Assembly: GCF_000315625.1 (NCBI RefSeq)
Contig: NW_005434609.1
Span: forward strand, 378,907-416,225
DNA length: 37,319 nucleotides
Source: Guillardia theta CCMP2712
Taxonomy: Eukaryota > Protista > Cryptophyta
Reading direction: 5' to 3'
Below, in pieces: positions 1 through 9,665 of this stretch. Numbering within the stretch: the stretch's first letter is position 1; each line of letters starts with the position of its first letter. The notes beneath the pieces were generated by a model. It saw only the letters and a list, made by a program, of their open reading frames with translations, was not told the origin of the DNA and did not search any database. Both the position numbers and the translations under genes were made by a program.

Positions 1-1173
1 TTGGCGCGAGCGAGAGTGGTGGTGATGCGACCATGGCGGATGACTTCGGTGGTGAGGGAGCGAAGGAGAGCCTTCCTCTGATCCTGAGGCAGGCCGAGCT
101 TGGCGACGCGCTTGCCATGGCGCATCATCTCTAGACTGGACAGGGCGCTGCTAGCTCCATTGCGGGAGGAAGAGACGGGGAGTTGGGGGCCAGCGAGGAA
201 AGCTGCGAGGCATGTCAGTGTTACATGATGTGTGTGTCTTTTCGCCCTTCGTTTTCATCGTTTTCAAGCACTAGGAACAACAAGAAAACAACACATTATC
301 GTTATCGTCATTTACATCGCTGTCTTCATCGCTGTCCTGGCATCATCGCCCAGATCGTCATGGTTATCATCATCAAAGAAATCATATTGCAGGTTGCAAC
401 AAATTTCTTCTTGTAAGTCACATCAGGAAAGCCGATGGCCAAGGCATCATGATTGGGTAGCATGAATACGAATGTTCATGCCTTCAATGAAACACACGAT
501 AGAGGCACACAAGAGCCTTTCATATGACAGCCATGAAGCTGTTCATTGTGTGTACAGAGTGATTCTATGTGAGCCCTTGCAAGCTTCGACATAAGATGAA
601 GGGTTCGATGTCTCATGCATACACCATCAGGGCAGAAAAGGTCCAGTAGCACGACAAGAAACCAGCACAAAAAACACAGCAAACTGACTCATTCTTCCCG
701 CCATGTCAACTCGATCCACCGTAAACTCAGCAGACAAATTAGCATGCTATGACGTCACTCATACCAACAGCACATCCATGCTCAATCTGAGAGAAGCAGC
801 GAACATCGCAACGGACATGAAGGGGGTGGAGCCGATGATGCTCAGCTCCAGGACAGGCAAGTGAAGGGCATCATGCAAAGAATGAGCTGAGAGGCATTAA
901 AGGGATGGAGAGTGTTAAAAGCAAGCATGACGTGCGGGGAGACATAGACGGGTTGAATACAACAGAAGGAGCAACAAGGCAGGGCAAGGCTGGGAAGCAC
1001 GGGCTGGAACTGAGGGGGCGACGAGAACAAGAGAACACAGAGGGGGTTGAGGAGGAGGGATAAGGTGGAAGGGATAGGAAGGTTGGTAAGGAGAGCGATC
1101 GCGAATGGAGGAAGCGGGTATTGTCATCACCTGCTGCTGCGGGGAGGAGGAGGAGGAGAGCGGCAAAGCGCAT
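1..1173 (-). CDS. rpl17: Nucleus-encoded plastid 50S ribosomal protein L17 (bL17) with bipartite presequence; 3' end runs off the window
   Basis: Exon 1 (1173-1131) is [14 protein letters not shown]+G. A phase-1 intron follows at 1130-203 (GTGATG...CTGAC...CAG). Exon 2 (202-1) reads (A)[69 protein letters not shown]...[24 protein letters not shown] is the cyanobacterial/plastid L17 N-terminus. Not in the ORF track as a whole. Confidence 0.92.
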
Positions 1174-1727
1174 GGCGGAGGCCGTCGTGGGGCCACGAGA
1201 CCCTCGAGAGAAGGAGGGGTGGGGGTGGGGGGAAAGGCAGACGTAAGGTGGGGTACAAGAAGGTCTTATGGGGGGTGGGATCAGTTGATATGACAGGGTG
1301 GGTCTATTATGTCAGTTTGAGGGGTACAAATTCCGGATTGCAAAAGTGGGTGGTGGGTGATAAAAGGTGGGGTGATTGTGGGATAAAGTGGGGGTAAGGG
1401 TGCAAAGAAACAGGTCGGTGGGTGGGTGGTAATTGAAAGATAAGGTGGGGTAGGGTGGGTTTCTGATGCTTGAGAGGTGGGCGGAATTTTAAAACTAAAA
1501 TACAAAAATATTTCTAAACTATAATACTTTTGATAAAGTGGTACAAAGAAAAAGTCGACGATGTTACTTATCATTTTAAACTTTTATAATAAATCTCGAT
1601 AGGTGATATTTAAAAATAGAATAGTTGACTCTAAAATTTCTCGCTATCAAGAAACCTACAAATCAGTATTGAAGAGTTTGTAATGGTTTATGGTACTCTG
1701 AAAAACATTGTAGGCTCTGCTGATACT

Positions 1728-1837
1728 GGTACCGTACCGTACAGTACAGTACAGTACCGTTCAGTACCGTACCGTTCAGTACAGTTCAGTACATTACACA
1801 GTACAGTAGTCGTACGTAGAGTGGCAGTCAGTACCGT
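1728..1837. repeat. Degenerate pentamer array (GTACC/GTACA/GTTCA)n
   Basis: Reads gtaccgtaccgtacagtacagtacagtaccgttcagtaccgtaccgttcagtacagttcagtac... Confidence 0.85.
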
Positions 1838-2061
1838 GACAGCACACTTCTTTCAAGTCACTGTGAGCGGGCCGGGCTGGACTCACAGTCCGAGTTGCGA
1901 CACTCCGTCCCGTGACTGGTGACTTGACTCGGCACTTGAGCTCATGAGTCTGGCGGCTCCGGCCCGATTCCGAACTGGAAGTTGCCAGACCGTGCTGTGT
2001 CGGACCGTAAAGGCAGCAGCACCATCGGAGAGTTCAGAGCCTATATTACAATCGCCATACG

Positions 2062-3210
2062 CTAGTCCTTAGCGATTCCATCCACCGAATGCTGAAAGTC
2101 GCCGCCCTGCTCGCTATCTCCCACCTTCAAGTTCATAGAGTGGTAAGGGTGTGACGGTTAAGCAAAGGATTCTAACCTTTCCTGTCGGGAAAATGGAGCA
2201 TTTACCATTCGAGTAGCATTCGTAACCCCAGGTGTTGGCCTGCTCAGAAATTCACAACCAAACAACAACCGAGTTTCGTTTGTAGTTGTTTCGGATAGAA
2301 TACAGGTCAAAGGAGTCTATGGCGCTCAACACGAAGACAACACGAACAACGACGATGACAAGTGCAAAGAAGAAAGAATCCGATGAACACGAAGGAGAGC
2401 AGGAAGGAAAGATAGAGAGGCAGAGAGGCGGAGAGGAAGACAGGGAGGTAGGGAGAGAGGGAAGGCAGATCTGGAGCATTCAATGAGGTAAATCTCACCC
2501 TTGTATCCACAACCCTCTTGGAGGCTCCTGGTGGTCCAGATAGGCAATCTGAGTTCTGCGGGAAGTTGTACGTGTTTGAAAGCTTGCTCAGGCCGTCGGC
2601 ATTCCCCTCTGCCATTCCGCAAAGTACCCATCAGTCTCCGCTACATCAACCTCGACGCTCCTTGTACAACCTGCGTACTCCGATCCCCCAGTCCAGTAGT
2701 TGACTTCACAATTTCCTGAAGCTTGATCAGGAGAGAGAGGAGGAAAGCTCTACTGTCCCATTACCATTGGTTGTGATCCTGCCGAAGGCATCGAAGTGTG
2801 CGGCACGGACCTGCTGCTTAGTTACCCATAGAATCACACTCCCATTTCCCCTCCTACCGGCCTCGCGTACTCTGGGAAGGGCCACAGAGATCGTTCGTCG
2901 TCGTTGAGCTTGTCCGACAGGTCCTCGAGGGCCTTGCCTTCAGCCTGGCAGGTGCAGTGAGAGGTCACAGAAGGAGCATCGATCTGTCCTCAGACCTCAT
3001 TCTCCTTGTCGTCGTCAGTCTCATCTGAATCGGCCGCTGCCAGGAACGTTCCTCTCTTGACTACATGGATTTTCGGGTAGCTAAAGGGCTTTCTCCCCAG
3101 CAACGAGATCTCGGGGCTGCTCAATTCTGTCCGCCCACCCGAGATGATCAACAGGGCTGATATCAGCCCGAAGCCAATCACCCCCACTACCGGGCGAAGA
3201 TCCTGACCAC
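2062..3210 (-). CDS. Multi-exon hypothetical protein with N-terminal hydrophobic anchor; start codon not resolved
   Basis: Chain of short exons with GT..AG introns of about 50 nt: VVGVIGFGLISALLIISGGRTELSS...DKENE | AEGKALEDLSDKLNDDERSLWPFPEYARP | VRAAHFDAFGRITTN | GNCEVNYWTGD | GNADGLSKLSNTYNFPQNSDCLSGPP | ANTWGYECYSNGKCSIFPTGK | VGDSEQGGDFQHSVDGIAKD*. Phase is ambiguous around 2270-2500. Confidence 0.55.
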
Positions 3211-4081
3211 TACAAGTTAGGGAATATCGTTACTTTGCGTGCGTGTTAGCAAGTGAACGATGTGATGGAAAGACGGGCTAGGATTGAGTGTTGTGGTATA
3301 AGCACAAGGATCTGGCTGGTTGGAGGATAGGTAGTGACAGATATCAGCAGGCATATCCAAGCACACCCCCCCCTCTCATTCCTATGTCCTCCTCCCGTAT
3401 CCTCCTTACCACTCACAGCTCCATCCTCCCTTCACCTCCCTCCTCTCCTAGCCATAGCCTCCAGCTTACCGCCGCAGCTGCCATTGCCCCTTCGCACTGC
3501 TCGTATTTCTGCCCTTTTCTTCTCCTAATACAGACTCTAGCAACATCTGCTGCCCCCTGATTTGGTATGTTTAAATTGTTTTACTTTCACTCATCAGTTC
3601 CAAAAATGGTAGAGAATACAGGGCTACAACATTTTAAAAACTGATGATATAAGTTTTAAAAAGGATATGTTGTACCAAGAATCACAAAAATGTATTATAG
3701 AAAGCCATTGTTGAGTGATACAGTACTCCAATTAGGTGTCCAACCCGACATGCCGGTAAGAACGAGCAAGGCAAGCGAGGGAGAAAGGAGAGGAGAAGGG
3801 AGGGAGAGAGGAGAGGAGGGCATGACTGGATCCCTTTGCTGGATCCGAGAAGTGGAGAATGATAGAGGGGAAGTTCAGGCAAGAGCTATGTGTGCTGGAA
3901 CAAGGAGGAGCTATGCTGGAACAAGGAGGAGCCCGGTGATATTGTGGAAAAGAAGAGGAAGTTGAAGATCGAATTCTTGTGCAGCTGAGACAGTTGGCTA
4001 TTTAGCTAAAATGTATCTCATCAAGATGGGTGATGTGATGATTGTGCTATGTCCAATAATGGGGCTGAGAAGCAAGTGAGG

Positions 4082-5519
4082 ATGGTGTGGATGGGTGGTT
4101 TGTTTCGGAAATAAGAAGTATCATTTATTATTGCATGGATAGAGGATCCAAGCTAAGACTGACTGATAAAATCTTCTTTTCTGTCAGCCAAAATTTGGAA
4201 GCCTGGATGCCCTCCGTGGGAAGGATGAGGAGGAAGATGACGAAGAAGCAGAGGCATTTGCTGGTTGAGCAGAAATGATGGTTTGAGTTCGAAATGATGA
4301 GCGTACCAGGCGGCATTGGGCGTGGCGGGGGTGGAAGCGGGCAGAACGTCCTCGGTGCTCAACCTTGCCGTCTTTGTGCTGTACTGACTGTTGGGGTCGG
4401 CTGGACTCGCAGATCCAAGGAAGATCATGGATCGTGCGCGAGACATCGGCGCAGTTGCAGCTTCAGAGCACGAGTCCGGGAGGTTTGGCTAAACGTGTAG
4501 GTTCGAGGAGCGCCTTTGATTGATCTCCGCAGATCCCGCGCGTTTGTTGGCTCGGGTTTCTCACTCTCTGGGGAAAGCAATCAGCCCGTGGTCGTGAACG
4601 AGGATGAGACCAAGATCAAGCACACGATCACATTCTGGAAGGAAGGGTTCACGGTTGACGATGGTCCGTTGAGGAACTTTGTGAGTTTCCACATGTGAGC
4701 GTTTTTTCGTTGATGCCAAAGGGTTCAGGATGCACCTGAAAACGCAAGTTTCTTGAATGACATCAACAAGGTAACTTCGGGAGGTCCACGAGATGTCTCA
4801 AGTCCAAGCACCTTACTCGCTCTTAGGGAAGGCTCCCTCAAGAGTTTGCGGGTGAGAAGGGGGCGTACGTCAGTCTGATAAGTCGACATGGCGAGAGCCA
4901 CAAAGAGTCCGCTCCTGCTGCTGCATCGGCGGCGAGATCGTTCACTGGACAAGGTCACTCGCTGGGAGGAGCAAGCAGCAGTGCGCAAGCTGCGGCAGCG
5001 AATGCAACGGTTAGCCCACCACGTGTCTCGACAGGAGGATGTGAACGCCTTGTGCCATGCCAGGTCCAACCCCCTTCGGTTTCCATCAATGTCAACGACG
5101 CCCAGCCTTCTACCACTCTGCAGGTAACTCTCGATACTGTGCTGAGCCTTAGCCGGGCTGTTTACAGCCAGGGATCATTGGCATTTTGAACTGTTTGCTT
5201 TACAGCTGCGCTTGCACGATGGAACCAGGCTCACTCAAAGGTTCAACTTGTCTCACACAGTTGAGAATGTCTATGAGTTTGTTGCTTCCGGTCCGTTGAA
5301 GCTCTTCTGCCCACTTTGCCTGCGTGCTGACGCTTGACCTCCCAGCTACTCCGGGATTAGAATTTGACCTCATGGTGTCCTTCCCCGTCAAAAGCTTGAG
5401 GATAGAAGCCAGGTGATGACCTACATGTAAGCGATGACCTGGAGTACTGATTTCTATTCCTCTAGACCATCGAACAGGCAAAATTGCAGAATGCAGCTCT
5501 CATCCAAACTCTACGTTGA
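4082..5519 (+). CDS. SHP1: p47/Shp1 (NSFL1C/UBXN2)-like Cdc48/p97 adaptor with SEP and UBX domains; apparent 1-nt frameshift near 5390
   Basis: Spliced exons give PKFGSLDALRGKDEEEDDEEAEAFAGGIGRGGGGSGQNV, a SEP core (ITFWKEGFTVDDGPLRNF|DAPENASFLNDINK|GRLPQEF), an SHP box (FTGQGHSLG), a UBX domain (TTLQ|LRLHDGTRLTQRFNLSHTVENVYEFV...FDLMVSFP) and C-terminal TIEQAKLQNAALIQTLR*. The start (ATG-only exon 4082-4084) is tentative. No UBA domain seen. Confidence 0.88.
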
Positions 5520-7253
5520 AGCCTCTATCAACTTGCCATGATCAACCGTTGAGCAGTACTGTACGGTCAGTAAACTTTTGACGGAACTTCCGTTCGTGCG
5601 GGCCCGCCGCCACACCCCCCGGAGTCCACTCGGGAACATTGAAAGAGTGGTAAGGAAGAAGAGAGATGAAAAAAGGAATGTGGAGAAGACAAGAGAAGCT
5701 TGACTAGCAAGGATTGCAAACTTCGGACTTGACTTGACAAAGTGCTGTAAGATTTTCTAGACTCTTGCCTGATTTTACCCCTATGCTGTCTAGTACATCA
5801 TCCTGTTCCCTTGTCTATGGTTAGTGGCACCGGACCCGGCGTAATCAAGATGTGATAACCTGAATATGGAATTCTGTACATTGATTCACAGTGTCTGTGA
5901 TTCGTGTACAATCATCGAGTGCTTGCTCTGTTGAACAAGGCATTCCTCTGTAGACCCATGCGACAAGAACTCTACAGTTGCACGGTAGCATTACGAACTG
6001 ACAAAACAAGACAAGATTGATTCGAAGAACAGAATTTATTGATACTTAAATTCATCTGCACATTGTTTCATTTGTGACCAGGTTTCTGTGCAATCGAAAG
6101 CGTTGTGGAAATATCATGACAGAGGAAGAAATCGAAGCGCAGAAGAATCATTCAACGTCATGAAATATGGAAATGCAATTGTCTATGCACTTGATCATGG
6201 ATATAGTCATTCATGATCAACAACGAATCTGTACAGTCATCTATGTGGGCAAGTAAAGTCACCCTTTGTGCAAACGCCTCTTCATGCATCGTTCAACGGT
6301 TGAGTGAATGTCACCCTTGCCTCTATAGAAAAATGAAGTGCATGAAACCTGACCGTAAGACTAGAAGAATACAAAGTGATTGATGACATGAAAACACATT
6401 TCTAGACAGAAAAGTCGCTCAAGGTACAGCTGGATACAAATTTCTCACAAATCATGCATTTGAGCGCAACGTGCAACCCAAGTCAATTTGAAAGAAGGTC
6501 GATCGGAGTTGATTATGTTCAATGGTGTATCCTTTGTTCCTTACCTACCTGTTCATGAAAATTTTATCTTGTCTTGGAAGCATATTTGCAAGTACACTCG
6601 CGGATTGTTTGAACCAAAGGGCAAATATTCCATTACACGATGGATGATTCAAACCTTGGCCCAACCTGCAGAGTTGAGAAAGAAGCTCGATCATCCTTAC
6701 AGGTCTGGTACGACATGTCCTCATTCCGACAGCATAGCACGGTTCCTATTACCCAAAGTTAAGTTAAAATTAGTACTGTTCGGTACAGTTTTAAATCTCC
6801 TTGAGGTAACCGGGTCCGCCCCAGTCAAGTAGTAAACTCAGTCTGCGCCGCGAGGCCCCCAATAATGGACAGAGACATTTTAAAAAACAGTCAACACTGT
6901 ATATGTGTTTTAATTTGTAGCAATCTTGGTACGCAAAATCTTTCACTACGACTTGAAATCAAAAAAGAACAAGAATGCTGTACAAAAGTTTTAGTCAAAG
7001 CGATGTAAAACGAACAGGTGGAAGGAGGAGGATATAGAGTGGGTGGGGTGGTATTGAGAGACCTGTCTCGGGGTGGGGTCGGTAAATTAATCGTTTCACA
7101 ATAAATAGGCCTGGGAAAGGAGGGGGTTATTACAAAAGGAAAGAGGGGGTGATACGAATGAATTTGGTATGGAATTGGAGCAATGAGGGGTACTGGTAGT
7201 CAGGACCCACCCCCAACCACATGGCCTTTTGCTCCGGTGTATGCGCAACTGGG

Positions 7254-7357
7254 GGAGGAGAGGAGAGGAGGAGAGGAGGAGAGGAGGAGAGGAGGAGAGG
7301 AGGAGAGGAGGAGAGGAGGAGAGGAGGAGAGGAGGAGAGGAGGAGAGGAGGAGAGAG
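7254..7357. repeat. Purine octamer tandem repeat (GGAGAGGA)n
   Basis: Near-perfect 8-nt periodic purine tract upstream of the Zn-cluster gene. Confidence 0.9.
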
Positions 7358-7772
7358 GGAGCAACATGAGAAGAGAGCAGAGAACAGAGGGAAGGTGAAG
7401 GTCGAAGATATGCGCTGAGCAGGGGCTGCTGGCGGCGATATGGAGGAAATGGAAGCAGCGGGGGAGGCGGCCGACTCAGCAGAGAGTAGAGGAAGGACAG
7501 GATGAAGAGGGATAGAAAAGGTTTGGAGAAGAGGGATGTAGCTAGAAGTTCGAGTAGGTGTGTTAGATAGAAGTTTGACCAGGTGTGTTAGATAAGAGCG
7601 CAGGGTATGAGCTGTGAGACTCTGGGCGTTGATGAGTACTGACAAGTCGTGTGCTTGCTTAGGTTTGGGGTCTACCTGGGGACTTGTATCGTGAGGAGAG
7701 GAGGGGCCATGGGAAATCGTCAAGTTTTGTCTCAGTATTCTGCTCTTTGAAAGTGAAGGTGTTGCTGCTGCG

Positions 7773-9377
7773 ATGAGTATGTGGGAGGACCAGCTCTATG
7801 CGCAGGGCAGTAGCAACAAGGAAGCGCTGGATTTCTCGATGTGGGAACTAACTACCGATGACAAGAATCATGCTCCCTTTGGCGAGTTCAATGCTCCTCA
7901 AGATCGGAGAAATCAGCCTGTAGACTTCTTTGACTTCCAGTTCGTCAACAATCAAGATTTTCAGAGAGCTCATGTCGAGCCGCCAGTCTTTGCAGGTGCG
8001 ATTGCGCCGCCCGAGGTGCCGTTGGCCGTGTCGCACCACAACAGGAAACGGCCGCTGCCGGACGACGACTGGTGTCTTGCCATCTCTGATGAACTGCAGA
8101 GGAAGAACGAGCTCGACGCGCTCATCCTTGCTCAGGGACGGGACCAAGGAACACCGGTCTCAGTGGATGGGTCACATGTGGGGGAGAGGAAGAAGCAAAT
8201 GAACTCAAGGGTGAAGTACCGAGAGGCCTGCGGGCACTGCAGGAGGCGGAAGCTCAAGTGCGATTACATGCTGCCCTGCGCCAACTGCATCATCGCTGGT
8301 CAGCCGGAGCTGTGCAGCACCAACAACAGCTCGACTGGCATCGTGTCAAACGTTGAACGCCCGCTGTTGACGCAGAATTACGTCAGAATCTCAGTGGACA
8401 ACTACGAGAACCTGATGCTGATGAAGAAGGCGTCGGAGGCGATCGGCCTTCACTTCACGCTCCTCAGGCTGGCGAGGGAGGTTGGGTTCCCGGTCAGTGA
8501 GTTCCTGCAAGCCTACAAGATCCTCCCCGACGGAATCAAGTCAGCCATCCACGAGGGGATCCGCTCAATCCAGAACCTTGCCCGGGCGCGACTGAGCAAG
8601 AGGCTGCAAGATGGCTACGATCCGAGGATAGAGCAGGAGCTGGAGGTGAAGCAGTCGGTGGGAAGGATCTCGGGGATGTGGTTGGGAGACGAGCAGGAGA
8701 ACGTCTGGAAGGAGGGAGAACTGGATGATGACTTCTGGGGTCACGGAAGGTGGATCTGTGTGGAGTACGACGTGAACACGAGCATGAGGAAGAGCTGCAG
8801 GATGGGGCGGGAGTACGCGGCTCTCTTCGGGATCCACTCGGAGGAGTGGCTGGCCCGCTTCGCAGAGAACCAGGTCCCGATCTACACGTCGCAGATCATG
8901 TTGCTATGCATCTTGCTTGAGGCTGTTTTCAACTGCTCCTCCACCACCCTCGTCCGTTACTGGAGGGTGCAGCAGTTCCCGAGGAACGGGCAGGAGCCTT
9001 CCAACCTGCTCATTCGGTGCAAGATCGTTCAAGTGTTTGACTCCCAGGGGAGGAAGACGCGATTCAGCATGGTGTTCGATCAGGTGTCGGACGAGGAGTA
9101 CTACCGGGAGGCGAGGGAGGCAGGAGGGAACGGGTTCCTGGACCTGGTCATGGACCACAGGAAGCGGCAAGCGAACCTGCTTGACAACTTCAAGAGGGAA
9201 ATGCAGTTCATGGGGAAGATAGCGTACATGAGGAAGAACAAGATGGGCAAGAGCATGCTAGAGGAGCTTGAGAAACAGCTGAAGATCCGCACGGAGGAGA
9301 TTGTGCAGGAGACTGAGAAACTGAAGCTCGACGGTCGTTCTCCCAGCGAACTGTCTACGGCCTCCACGGTGTCATAG
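7773..9377 (+). CDS. Zn(II)2Cys6 (GAL4-type binuclear cluster) transcription factor, 534 aa, apparently intronless
   Basis: Uninterrupted 534-aa ORF with high third-position GC. ACGHCRRRKLKCDYMLPCANCIIAGQPELC (8229-8315) is C-x2-C-x6-C-x5-C-x2-C-x8-C. Basic NLS-like RKRP lies upstream. Confidence 0.9.
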   Translation: MSMWEDQLYAQGSSNKEALDFSMWELTTDDKNHAPFGEFNAPQDRRNQPVDFFDFQFVNNQDFQRAHVEPPVFAGAIAPPEVPLAVSHHNRKRPLPDDDWCLAISDELQRKNELDALILAQGRDQGTPVSVDGSHVGERKKQMNSRVKYREACGHCRRRKLKCDYMLPCANCIIAGQPELCSTNNSSTGIVSNVERPLLTQNYVRISVDNYENLMLMKKASEAIGLHFTLLRLAREVGFPVSEFLQAYKILPDGIKSAIHEGIRSIQNLARARLSKRLQDGYDPRIEQELEVKQSVGRISGMWLGDEQENVWKEGELDDDFWGHGRWICVEYDVNTSMRKSCRMGREYAALFGIHSEEWLARFAENQVPIYTSQIMLLCILLEAVFNCSSTTLVRYWRVQQFPRNGQEPSNLLIRCKIVQVFDSQGRKTRFSMVFDQVSDEEYYREAREAGGNGFLDLVMDHRKRQANLLDNFKREMQFMGKIAYMRKNKMGKSMLEELEKQLKIRTEEIVQETEKLKLDGRSPSELSTASTVS

Positions 9378-9665
9378 GCACGAGGAGGACGAGGCTGACG
9401 GTTGTTGATGAATCCAAGGCATGCGGATTGAGACGAAGCCGCCCAATGTGTTCCGCAAAGCTTGGACACTACTTGTATCATGTAGCTATGGTGATGGTGA
9501 TGGTGATGGTGATGGTGATGTTGTAGCAGAAGGGAAGAGGAAGAGGAGGATGCGGGCATGTGGATATCACTCTCTCCAACAGATTTTTGCAGGAGAGATG
9601 TGCTAGGATAAGTTTTTCTGTAATGAGAGTGAAGACAACGAGACTGAGCGGTATAAGTGAGATGC

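Noticed and set aside
203-1130. Intronic C/D-box snoRNA in rpl17
   Set aside because: TGATGA and CTGA words occur but not at convincing spacing or with terminal stems.
1728-1837. CRISPR-like or telomeric array
   Set aside because: 5-nt degenerate units with no unique spacers, no cas genes and no TTAGGG-type repeat.
2030-2260. Possible structured ncRNA/snRNA
   Set aside because: No U1/U2/U6/tRNA signatures; better explained as the last two exons of the minus-strand hypothetical gene.
6488-6832. 114-aa ORF
   Set aside because: TTG start, no recognisable motifs, codon usage unlike neighbouring genes.
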